Below are positions 56,173 through 64,000 of a stretch of DNA of 64,000 nt, piece after piece. The notes beneath the pieces were generated by a model. The model was not told the origin of the DNA. It did no database searches and saw only the letters and a list, made by a program, of their open reading frames with translations. The number at the start of each line of letters is the position of its first letter. Position 1 is the first letter of the stretch. This stretch comes from a virus. A program made the position numbers and the translations under genes. The stretch lies in the IMG/VR virus record IMGVR_UViG_3300021519_000916, positions 32,001-96,000 of that record; one strand, given 5' to 3'.

Positions 56173-56709
56173 GTGAATAATAAATGGTTGTCGCTAGTGG
56201 CCGTGCTGATACTAGTATTATTAGTGCGAATGGATTATAAAAACCAAGAACTGTCCGAGCGCATTGATCGTATTGAACACATTATTATTAACACCGGTTA
56301 TCGTGTTACATACACTAAACACGATGTTGAATGTTTGGCTAAGAATATATACTACGAAGCTGGTATTGAAAACGACCTTGGCAAATATGCTGTGGCTCAG
56401 GTCACTATTAATCGTCTCAAGGCTGGGTATTGGGGCAAGACTGTATGCAAGGTTGTATATGCCAAGGCGCAATTCTCATGGACTTTGAAAAAGAAGCTAC
56501 CAAAACCTGATGTAAATTTATATGAAAAATGTCATGATATTGCTGTGGCCGCATTAGAAGGCAAGGGTATTAAAGGCCTGGACCGTAGTTTATTCTACCA
56601 TGCTGATTATATTCCCACCCCAAATTGGGTTGATATTAACCATTATGCTACACAACTGGGAAAGCACATTTTTTATAATCGGGCCCGGGGTAGTAATTTA
56701 GAAATTTAG
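56173..56709 (+). CDS. SleB/Hydrolase_2 cell-wall hydrolase with an N-terminal TM anchor
   Basis: CLAKNIYYEA..E...G..AVAQV..NR, C.VV....QFSW, YHA.Y..P.W, G.HIFY. Confidence 0.9.
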   Translation: MNNKWLSLVAVLILVLLVRMDYKNQELSERIDRIEHIIINTGYRVTYTKHDVECLAKNIYYEAGIENDLGKYAVAQVTINRLKAGYWGKTVCKVVYAKAQFSWTLKKKLPKPDVNLYEKCHDIAVAALEGKGIKGLDRSLFYHADYIPTPNWVDINHYATQLGKHIFYNRARGSNLEI

Positions 56710-56712
56710 AGG

Positions 56713-56741
56713 TTGACGTAAAAGAAGTGTTGTAGTATATT
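56713..56741 (+). promoter_or_regulatory. Sigma70-type promoter
   Basis: GGTTGACG-17-TATATT. Confidence 0.55.
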
Positions 56742-56807
56742 ATTAAGTATTGCCGATGGACATGTCATAGGGGCTACGCCGGAGGGAATCACAACTAGGG
56801 GAATATT

Positions 56808-58010
56808 ATGGCAACAGCCAATTTTATCGCAGTACAACCGCAGTCATATGCGGCACAGCAAAATGCCCAGTATAACCACTCGGGCTCAAAGTTCGTAGAT
56901 CTTGGCACAAGATTTAACGACACAATCTCAAACCTTCCACGCATTAAACAAACCGGCGCTCGAAGCATGATCACAAATGCCTGCAACGAGTTTATAAAAA
57001 AGCACAGCTACCTGACTTGCTTTGAAGATATGGATCTTGCTATTGCTGGCGAGACTTATATGTCAGATATCTTGATTGATATTACCATTCAGCGTATTCT
57101 TAATTTGCCTTGGTGTGCAGAAATTTTAACTAATTTCCGCGAAGTGCAAGCTGATCCAATTAAACTATACGAGGTTGTTGCTGGCGGTGATCTAGCAGAT
57201 CGGTATCCTGTTGGTACTATACTGTTTGCCAGCTGGGACGCTCAACATACCGCTATTGTTTATTGGATCATTGCAGTAATGATCTTTAAGCAAGATCCTA
57301 AAAAAGTCAAGGTACCTAGTATTTTGTACAAAGTTAAAAACCGTGCAGACATCCGCATGAACTTTGTTGGCGGTAACAGCGACAAAGGAAAACTTACACT
57401 AGACAAAATTGATTTGTTCCGTCAAATGGTATTAGGTGTGCGACTTGACGGTAATACTGAACCAAAATGGGTCGAAGCTGAACTTAAACAACAACATCTC
57501 GAGGGTGCTGATTTGTTTGTAACAGCAGAAAAGTTCGGTGATACCCATATGCCTGGGGCAATCAGTCGTATGGCAGAAATTGACAAGTACAGTAGCGATA
57601 TTATCCGTAAGTTTGCCCTGTATACTACAACCATTCCTACACCACGTTCAATAGATTCGCAGGAAATTGAAATCATGTGTGCATGGTTTAACCTTGCCAA
57701 AGAAGATGGTATTGACTATACAGACAACGAAGTAGTTAGTATTGGCAATCATCTACATAGTCTTTTCAATGCCGACTTCCACGAATCTAGTCCGTTTTGG
57801 GGCAAAGTACGTACAGCATACGAGCATTGGCATAAAAAGTACTATGGCGGGTTGCCGTCTACTCATCAACCTAAGCATATGAAAATGAATAAGAATTGGA
57901 ACACAGGTGGTACGTTCTTGTGGCACCAACTTAGCAAAACATGGGGCGGTCGTATTCCGCCACTTAATGCTAGTACACCGTTTATGCCTGCAGTAAAGGA
58001 CTTGTACTAA
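56808..58010 (+). CDS. ParB/Srx-superfamily (DGQHR/DUF262-like) protein
   Basis: ID..IQR and WDAQHT motifs at the spacing typical of QR...DGQHR domains. Confidence 0.55.
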   Translation: MATANFIAVQPQSYAAQQNAQYNHSGSKFVDLGTRFNDTISNLPRIKQTGARSMITNACNEFIKKHSYLTCFEDMDLAIAGETYMSDILIDITIQRILNLPWCAEILTNFREVQADPIKLYEVVAGGDLADRYPVGTILFASWDAQHTAIVYWIIAVMIFKQDPKKVKVPSILYKVKNRADIRMNFVGGNSDKGKLTLDKIDLFRQMVLGVRLDGNTEPKWVEAELKQQHLEGADLFVTAEKFGDTHMPGAISRMAEIDKYSSDIIRKFALYTTTIPTPRSIDSQEIEIMCAWFNLAKEDGIDYTDNEVVSIGNHLHSLFNADFHESSPFWGKVRTAYEHWHKKYYGGLPSTHQPKHMKMNKNWNTGGTFLWHQLSKTWGGRIPPLNASTPFMPAVKDLY

Positions 58011-58011
58011 T

Positions 58012-58608
58012 ATGGATATCTTAGAACAAAATTTAAAAGAAATTAGGCCTAAACGTAAGTCTAATGTTAAACGTAACGACAAGTCCTATGCAGATTGTTT
58101 AACCACAACTACATCAGAGCTCGAGCGCCTACTAGAACTATATCGTACTACAGTTTTTGACGAAGATATGCGAGCGAGGCTACTACGTGATAGCATTGAT
58201 CACCATATCCGTCGATATCATGGATACGCTATCCAAGGCAAGATTAACTCACACTACCATCAAAGGGGTGTTAGTTTAAAAGCCAAGGATACAATCTTTG
58301 AACACGTTATCCCAGCGGCACAGGTTCGTGATTTATTAATCGAAAACAAACTATCAATAAATCAAGCTCTTAACGTGCCTACATGCCGTGTATCACGCAA
58401 AGGTAACAGTTTGCTCAATGCCCGTGGTATGCACGATCGTAATACAGATCCTTGGAACTTTTTTAAACGCTACAAAACAGGCATGGCAGAATTAGACAAA
58501 GATGGTAATACAGTATTTCCCGAGTTTGAAGCATACAACGGACAAGGAATACCCAACCTAGATACGTGGACTTTGCGTGATCATTTTAACTTGTTTGCGA
58601 TAATTTAG
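58012..58608 (+). CDS. Hypothetical protein with an EHVIP His-Me-finger-like motif
   Basis: FEHVIP followed by C..S...N..L; coupled to the DGQHR-like gene. Confidence 0.5.
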   Translation: MDILEQNLKEIRPKRKSNVKRNDKSYADCLTTTTSELERLLELYRTTVFDEDMRARLLRDSIDHHIRRYHGYAIQGKINSHYHQRGVSLKAKDTIFEHVIPAAQVRDLLIENKLSINQALNVPTCRVSRKGNSLLNARGMHDRNTDPWNFFKRYKTGMAELDKDGNTVFPEFEAYNGQGIPNLDTWTLRDHFNLFAII

Positions 58609-58616
58609 AGGACAAT

Positions 58617-59018
58617 ATGACAAATTTATGGGCACCCGAATGTGCATTACCGGATTGCAACGAACAAGTGGGATACCACAAAAAATATAATAGGACAGGG
58701 CAACAAGCACCAGGATACAAGTGGAAGATGTTTTGCAATTATCACAGAGGAAAAGGAAAATTTATTGTTGATAAATGGAAACTCGATCAAGGGTGCTCTA
58801 ACACCGATACACATCACAGTTTTATCTGTACCTCGTATATTACCAAATCAGATCAACTTGATGTAAATCACATAGATGGTAATCGTCATAATAGCGATCC
58901 AAAAAATCTCGAGTTGCTTTGTCGAGTATGCCACCAGCGTGTGACCACAGATAACGGACATCACTTAACTAGATACAGCAATCAAGTCAATCTAGATCCT
59001 GCATTGTTTGAATTTTAA
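58617..59018 (+). CDS. HNH endonuclease with Zn-binding Cys motifs
   Basis: LDVNHIDGNRHNSDPKNLELLCRVCH. Confidence 0.85.
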   Translation: MTNLWAPECALPDCNEQVGYHKKYNRTGQQAPGYKWKMFCNYHRGKGKFIVDKWKLDQGCSNTDTHHSFICTSYITKSDQLDVNHIDGNRHNSDPKNLELLCRVCHQRVTTDNGHHLTRYSNQVNLDPALFEF

Positions 59019-60164
59019 ATGATAGACGCTTACTACGATCAAATATGTCAGGAGTGGGGAGTAATTCCCTCTTCCGATGTATGTACTGGATACGAATCGG
59101 TGTTGCCCAGCCTACAAGCATTAAGTAAAGAAGCATGGTTACTTGCCAACGACGCTGGCAAGGAACAAATACAACAAGAAGTATTTGACATCTATCGCCA
59201 GGTAAACATTGTTCCTGTTACTTACTACAGCCTTGAAGGTTGCCGCAAACAATTAGTCGAATTATCAAATAAAAAGAAATTAGTCCAAGATCGCACACTT
59301 GGCGTTGGCAACAACGAAGGACTGGCTTTTGGCAGATTCTGGTTTCCAAATATGCAAGATGCAAAATGGAATACCAATGCAACTGTAAGCATACGTGCCC
59401 GCTTCAATCATGATAATAAACTTAAACGTGCAATTAAGTTATGCTATGTACATCGTGACGAGGGCATTGATAGTGTCATCCCAAAGAATCTACGTAGAGC
59501 ATTGGAACTAGTCAACGGCGGCACAATACAAAACTTTAAGCCAATGAATGCCAGAGCCATTTGGGAATACATCTGTCCTAGCTTTATGGGTAGTGTGTTA
59601 GACTTTTCAAGTGGTTATGGCGGACGTATGATGGGTGCAATGACCAGCCGTATGCGATATCATTACACTGGCATAGATCCAAACACCCAAACATACCAAG
59701 GTCTCAATGCCCTTGGGTCGTTGCTACATACATCTGGGTTGGGCTTAGGTTACGAAATGCACAATATACCTAGCGAAGAATTTAATCCAGTTGAGGGCGC
59801 ATACGATGCGGCTTTTTCAAGTCCGCCATACTTCAATCTTGAAACGTACACAGACGAACCAACACAATGTATGAATCGTTACCCTGGATTGGATTTATGG
59901 TTTGAAGGTTATGTAGTGCCTACATTAAAGATGATCTACAAAGGGTTAGCAAGCGACGGCATTTATGCTGTTAACATTGCCGATTATAAGAACGGTAAAG
60001 ATCAGTTTGCCATTGTTGATCGTTGGAAAGCGATTAGCGGGCAAGTGGGATTTAAATATGTGGAACAGATAGATATGCTACTAAATGTTCGTCCCGGTGT
60101 TGGTAATAACAAATTAGAAAAGGCCTACAAGTCAGAAGGTATTTACTTATTTAGAAAAGTGTAG
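59019..60164 (+). CDS. Amino-DNA methyltransferase (m4C/m6A-type)
   Basis: VLDFSSGYGGR (motif I), YTGIDPN, FSSPPYFNLE.Y (motif IV). Confidence 0.85.
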   Translation: MIDAYYDQICQEWGVIPSSDVCTGYESVLPSLQALSKEAWLLANDAGKEQIQQEVFDIYRQVNIVPVTYYSLEGCRKQLVELSNKKKLVQDRTLGVGNNEGLAFGRFWFPNMQDAKWNTNATVSIRARFNHDNKLKRAIKLCYVHRDEGIDSVIPKNLRRALELVNGGTIQNFKPMNARAIWEYICPSFMGSVLDFSSGYGGRMMGAMTSRMRYHYTGIDPNTQTYQGLNALGSLLHTSGLGLGYEMHNIPSEEFNPVEGAYDAAFSSPPYFNLETYTDEPTQCMNRYPGLDLWFEGYVVPTLKMIYKGLASDGIYAVNIADYKNGKDQFAIVDRWKAISGQVGFKYVEQIDMLLNVRPGVGNNKLEKAYKSEGIYLFRKV

Positions 60165-60176
60165 TATACTGATAGC

Positions 60177-60824
60177 ATGTCAAAATTAGCCAGAATACTT
60201 GCACAAAATATTAGATCCGGATCCGGCAACCACGGATTAACAGAAGACCAATTATACGAAATATTCCATCCAGTTAATAACGTTGACCAATTGGCCTACA
60301 GTCTATACAAATGTGCCGAAGTAAGTGGCAAGAGTGCATTTACCACGCAGTTGGTTACGTTAAGTAGGCCATTGTTATCAGACTTTACAGCATGGCATCA
60401 AATTGACGAACCATGGAACGAATCATGGAACTTTGATAAAGCTCACCCAGGATGCTACATATATGGATTGTTTGAAACTGTAGTGCCAGCTGGGCCAGCT
60501 GATTTTTTAGACAGTAATGTATTTTACATTGGCGAATCACGTGCCACCAGTAGGCATAGTATGTTGGGGAGACGCACAGATTTTAAAGGTACTGTACGCA
60601 ATGATCGATTGAGTCCATATGGTTGTGGTACAGCATTTAAAATGCACTTTGGCAAAGATAAGATTAATTACGTGCATCAAGCATATCTGCCAATGCACCC
60701 AAGTTACTGCAAAACCACAGAGTTAGATTTGTTAGCAGAATACTACAAAAAATATCAGCAAATACCAGCATGTAACCCACCTCTTGATTCCACTAAAGTA
60801 ATAAAGCACTTAAAAAATCAGTAA
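60177..60824 (+). CDS. GIY-YIG-like nuclease
   Basis: GCYIYG...FYIGES...L..R, E..LL..Y......P..N. Confidence 0.6.
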   Translation: MSKLARILAQNIRSGSGNHGLTEDQLYEIFHPVNNVDQLAYSLYKCAEVSGKSAFTTQLVTLSRPLLSDFTAWHQIDEPWNESWNFDKAHPGCYIYGLFETVVPAGPADFLDSNVFYIGESRATSRHSMLGRRTDFKGTVRNDRLSPYGCGTAFKMHFGKDKINYVHQAYLPMHPSYCKTTELDLLAEYYKKYQQIPACNPPLDSTKVIKHLKNQ

Positions 60825-60883
60825 AATCAATGACTTACGTAGCCTATATTTTGGTTGTCCAATAAATCCATTTCGTTTACAAT
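60825..60883 (+). promoter_or_regulatory. Early promoter with an upstream IHF box
   Basis: AATCAATGACTTA (WATCAANNNNTTR) at 60825-37; TTGTCC-17-TACAAT. Confidence 0.75.
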
Positions 60884-60913
60884 AGCTTCATACAGTTAGA
60901 TAACGGAGCAAAA

Positions 60914-61147
60914 ATGCAAAATTATGTGCAAATGACAGTTGGTGGAATGCAAGCGATGGTTCCAGTCGAACATGCTAAAAAAGTGCAAAAAAAGCAAGAA
61001 CTAGTGGCACAAGCGATGCGCCTGCAAACAGGTATGGAATCTTGCACCGGCGTCGCCCACACGATTTTGCAAGAGCAGTTGATGGAAACCATGGGTAAAA
61101 TCCGTAATTTAAACCGTCGTATTCCCCCGTGCGTTAAATTTATCTAA
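60914..61147 (+). CDS. Early hypothetical protein
   Basis: GGAG SD directly after an early promoter. Confidence 0.7.
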   Translation: MQNYVQMTVGGMQAMVPVEHAKKVQKKQELVAQAMRLQTGMESCTGVAHTILQEQLMETMGKIRNLNRRIPPCVKFI

Positions 61148-61150
61148 TGA

Positions 61151-61210
61151 AATCAATGACTTACAACGTCTTTATTTTCGGTTGACCCGAAATTCAGGTC
61201 CGTGTATAAT
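61151..61210 (+). promoter_or_regulatory. Early promoter with an upstream IHF box
   Basis: AATCAATGACTTA at 61151-63; TTGACC-17-TATAAT. Confidence 0.8.
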
Positions 61211-61242
61211 GTATACATACAGTTAGATAACAGGAGAAACAA

Positions 61243-61578
61243 ATGGATAAAAGCACGTTAGATTTTGCAGTAAAAAATGAAACTAAATTTTACATTGACG
61301 AAACTGATAGCAAGTCCGGTCCTGTGGTTCGTTGGAACACCAGCAATAATATCCCGTTTCAAGACATGTTAGAAGCTTTTGTTAGCCTGGGCTACATTGG
61401 CCAATTGGAATTGCAGAACAGTTTGGATCAACGCAAAATTGAAGACCGTATTGCGATCGAAGCATATCGCAAGAATTTTAAGGGCTATGATTCCGAGACA
61501 TTAGCGGAGATGCGTAGCGAATTTGGTTCTGGTGCTAAGGTAGTGAACGTGCTAACCGGTACGGTAACCCAACTGTAA
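61243..61578 (+). CDS. Early hypothetical protein
   Basis: AGGAG SD; V.RW..S...PF.DML, EMR.EFG.G..VVNVLTG. Confidence 0.75.
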   Translation: MDKSTLDFAVKNETKFYIDETDSKSGPVVRWNTSNNIPFQDMLEAFVSLGYIGQLELQNSLDQRKIEDRIAIEAYRKNFKGYDSETLAEMRSEFGSGAKVVNVLTGTVTQL

Positions 61579-61830
61579 TTGGAGATGCAAATGATTACAT
61601 CAGTCAAACTGCAAGAGATAATTTCCCATACTCCGCAGACATTAGCCACTGTATTAGATTTTTCAGGTTATACTGGCGCACAATTTAAGAGCGCGGAGTT
61701 TATAGGTATCACCAATAGTGGTGAATTTTGCTACAAGGTTGTGTATCACGATGAGTGTGGTACGGGTGAGGCTGTGGGCAAAGTATTTTTGGCTTATAAA
61801 AAAGATGGCACAGTGGTTGCTGATTATTAA
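61579..61830 (+). CDS. Early hypothetical protein
   Basis: GGAG SD; probable start ATG 61591. Confidence 0.65.
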   Translation: MEMQMITSVKLQEIISHTPQTLATVLDFSGYTGAQFKSAEFIGITNSGEFCYKVVYHDECGTGEAVGKVFLAYKKDGTVVADY

Positions 61831-61843
61831 TTAAGGAATAAAA

Positions 61844-62035
61844 ATGGATATTACATTGCGTAAGATAACAGCAACAGAAGCAGAAGATTTGTCGTATAGC
61901 CAGGAGTATGCAGAATACATCATGGAGCATAGTGCAGGTGATCGACTTATCTGTAACGGCGACACTTTACTAGAAGCGCAAGAAGATGGATACTTGTGGG
62001 AGAGTTTTTTAGATAGCATGGGATTGGAAGAATAA
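61844..62035 (+). CDS. Small acidic early protein
   Basis: AAGGA SD; Y.EYIM....GDR.ICNGD.L..A.E. Confidence 0.7.
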   Translation: MDITLRKITATEAEDLSYSQEYAEYIMEHSAGDRLICNGDTLLEAQEDGYLWESFLDSMGLEE

Positions 62036-62042
62036 TTTTTGG

Positions 62043-62071
62043 TTGTCCAATAAATCCGTTTACCGTATAAT
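62043..62071 (+). promoter_or_regulatory. Early promoter
   Basis: TTGTCC-17-TATAAT with the shared AATAAATC spacer. Confidence 0.8.
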
Positions 62072-62101
62072 ATGTGTATAGTTAATAACAAGGAGTAGTT
62101 C

Positions 62102-62557
62102 ATGAAGACGTTCCAATTTGCAGGTTTTAGTCGTGTAGCCGGTGAACTTAAATTTCGCACCGCAATGAGTCAAGCCCGTGCTCAGCAATTGGCCAAGCTC
62201 GGCGACACTGATGTCAATATGACTATACTTCCTACACTAATGTCTAAAACAGAAGCCGCTAAATGGTGCTTGACTTCACCTGTGTTTGACAAGTGTGGCG
62301 AAGATGTGTTGGCATTGTTTACTACCAATGCAGTGGATGAGAATCCGTTTGTTGCCAAGGCACCCAAGGCAGTTAAAAAGCCAAAGACCGTTAAGGTTAC
62401 TGTCCCGGCCGCAAAGGTCCAAGGACTCGTCAAAGCTAAGACAGTCATCTATGAGGATGTTGCACCATCACAATCCTCAAAAGATAAAGCAAAGGCACGT
62501 GCCGAGTTTATGAAGATGCTCGCGGAAGTGCGCGACGAAGTTGAGCGTGGCGTATAA
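62102..62557 (+). CDS. Early hypothetical protein with a Lys/Ala-rich tail
   Basis: AAGGAG SD; F.FAG.S...G..K.R.A. Confidence 0.7.
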   Translation: MKTFQFAGFSRVAGELKFRTAMSQARAQQLAKLGDTDVNMTILPTLMSKTEAAKWCLTSPVFDKCGEDVLALFTTNAVDENPFVAKAPKAVKKPKTVKVTVPAAKVQGLVKAKTVIYEDVAPSQSSKDKAKARAEFMKMLAEVRDEVERGV

Positions 62558-62562
62558 TACAG

Positions 62563-62591
62563 TTGACCAATAAATCGTAACATCGTATAAT
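62563..62591 (+). promoter_or_regulatory. Early promoter
   Basis: TTGACC-17-TATAAT with the shared AATAAATC spacer. Confidence 0.8.
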
Positions 62592-62620
62592 AGTTTTACA
62601 TTAACAAAAAGGAGTTTTAA

Positions 62621-63724
62621 ATGGCCGTGACTGAAAACCGTAGTGTAACCCCAAACGAAGCACGTAGTCGTGTTTTGCGTTGTTTTAAAAATAAGCGTCC
62701 TGTTTTCTTGTGGGGTCCTCCGGGAATCGGCAAGTCAGAATTGGTTGCTGGTTTGTGTGAAGATCTCGGCGGGCATATGATTGATATGCGACTGGGACAA
62801 TGTGAGCCAACTGACATCCGTGGTATCCCGTTCTTCAATAAAAATAAAGAGGTAATGGATTGGGCTCCCCCAATTGAATTGCCTAGCGAAGAACTCGCTA
62901 AAAAGTATCCTATCATTGTGTTGTTCTTGGATGAGCTGAACTCAGCGGCTCCGGCTGTGCAAGCGGCAGCTTATCAATTGATTTTGAATCGTGGTGTCGG
63001 TACTTATCGCTTGCCGGACAATGTTGTTATGGTTGCCGCAGGTAATCGCGAATCTGACAAGGGTGTTACTTATCGTATGCCAAGTCCTTTGGCGAATCGT
63101 TTCGTTCACTTGGAAGTGCGGACAGATTTCCAATCTTGGGAACAGTGGGCTGTCAATCACAAAATCCACAAGGACGTTGTTGGTTACATCGGTTTTGCTA
63201 AACAGGACTTGATGGACTTTGATCCTAAATCGTCAAGCCGTGCGTTTGCTACTCCGCGTAGCTGGTTCTTTGTGTCACAGTTTCTTGAGGACGATGAAGC
63301 AACCGATGCAGAGCTTGTAGATTTGATCTCAGGTACTATTGGCGAAGGACTTGCTATTAAGTTTATGGCACACCGCAAAGTGTCTGGGCAGATGCCAAAA
63401 GCAGAAGATATTTTGGCCGGTAAAGTCAAGGAACTCAAAGTTAAGGAAGTGTCAGCGATGTATTCGCTTACTATTAGCCTGTGCTACGAGCTCCAGGAAC
63501 AGTTTAAGAAACTCGGTAAAGATAAACTGTCCGACTGGCACGCTCAAGCGGATCACTTCCTACGTTTTATGATGGATAATTTTACTACAGAGCTCGTTGT
63601 TATGGGTGCTCGTGTTGCGCTAACCACGTATAACTTGCCCATGGTTCCAGGTAAGATGAAATCGTTTGATGAGTTCCATCAGCGTTTTGGCAAATACATC
63701 ATTGCCGCAAGTGGCAAGAACTAA
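62621..63724 (+). CDS. MoxR-type AAA+ ATPase
   Basis: WGPPGIGKS, D.RGIP, LFLDELN.A...VQAA.YQL, AAGNR, LANRF.H, TPRSW. Confidence 0.9.
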   Translation: MAVTENRSVTPNEARSRVLRCFKNKRPVFLWGPPGIGKSELVAGLCEDLGGHMIDMRLGQCEPTDIRGIPFFNKNKEVMDWAPPIELPSEELAKKYPIIVLFLDELNSAAPAVQAAAYQLILNRGVGTYRLPDNVVMVAAGNRESDKGVTYRMPSPLANRFVHLEVRTDFQSWEQWAVNHKIHKDVVGYIGFAKQDLMDFDPKSSSRAFATPRSWFFVSQFLEDDEATDAELVDLISGTIGEGLAIKFMAHRKVSGQMPKAEDILAGKVKELKVKEVSAMYSLTISLCYELQEQFKKLGKDKLSDWHAQADHFLRFMMDNFTTELVVMGARVALTTYNLPMVPGKMKSFDEFHQRFGKYIIAASGKN

Positions 63725-63753
63725 GAATCCGTTAGTCACGGTCGGGGGCATTC

Positions 63754-64000
63754 GTGAGATATAAGTCCTCCGTTTTTATAGTGCTACTGCTACATGGTTG
63801 CGCGGCACCAGTTATGTTCGGTGTAGGTGCTACCAGTATAGCAGTAACAGAAACTACTGGAAAATCTGTAACCGACCATGTTGTTAGTACAGCAAAGGAA
63901 AAAGATTGCAGACTCTCAAGATATTTTAAAGGTGAGCAAGTGTGCCAAGAAGTAGAAACTGTACGATCATCTGTTACTGTTAGTAGTCCAACAAGACCTA
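63754..64000 (+). CDS. Putative lipoprotein (3' truncated by window edge)
   Basis: GTG start after GGGGG; MRYKSSVFIVLLLHGC lipobox; frame open to the end of the window. Confidence 0.6.
   Translation, partial: MRYKSSVFIVLLLHGCAAPVMFGVGATSIAVTETTGKSVTDHVVSTAKEKDCRLSRYFKGEQVCQEVETVRSSVTVSSPTRP

Noticed and set aside
58617-59018. HNH gene as a transposon or intron-encoded mobile element
   Set aside because: Free-standing with intact neighbours, no terminal repeats or intron structure; a free-standing homing role cannot be excluded
63738-63778. GC-rich hairpin after moxR as a novel ncRNA
   Set aside because: Adequately explained as a terminator-like stem with a T tail overlapping the start of the next gene
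1-64000. Alternative genetic code (TAG or TGA reassignment), as in some jumbo phages
   Set aside because: Known genes (polymerase, ClpA, FolE, RNase H) are full length in the standard code, and TAG/TGA stops fall at normal gene junctions
1-64000. tRNA, rRNA or CRISPR array
   Set aside because: No cloverleaf with a T-loop (GTTCRA) in the few intergenic gaps and no regularly spaced repeat-spacer series seen by eye; tRNAscan was not run

Overview
This window is 64 kb of a large, AT-rich, densely coded dsDNA bacteriophage with T4-like logic: a family B DNA polymerase, a probable sliding clamp, RNase H, PhoH, TAAATA late promoters and sigma70-type early promoters. The Bug/TctC proteins and the two-component spanins suggest a Gram-negative, probably betaproteobacterial host (inference). 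Blocks from left to right: (1) 1-10.7 kb, an unexplained array of Bug/TctC and DctP solute-binding proteins paired with PP-loop (SGGxDS) enzymes; (2) 11.8-14.6 kb, lysis; (3) DnaJ/ClpA chaperones; (4) 20-26.8 kb, late genes with T4-like capsid-targeting N-termini and a repeated EQGVAE motif, probably processed internal head proteins; (5) replication; (6) a dispersed 7-deazaguanine DNA-modification pathway (DpdA/TGT-like, DpdL-like, FolE, QueD, QueE) mixed with ADP-heptose and other glycan-tailoring genes; (7) a DGQHR/HNH/methylase/GIY-YIG island; (8) early genes behind repeated promoters with IHF boxes. Two intergenic structured RNA candidates stand out: the queD leader and 26830-26940. I saw no tRNA, rRNA or CRISPR array. 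All functional calls come from motif recognition by eye; no database searches were run.
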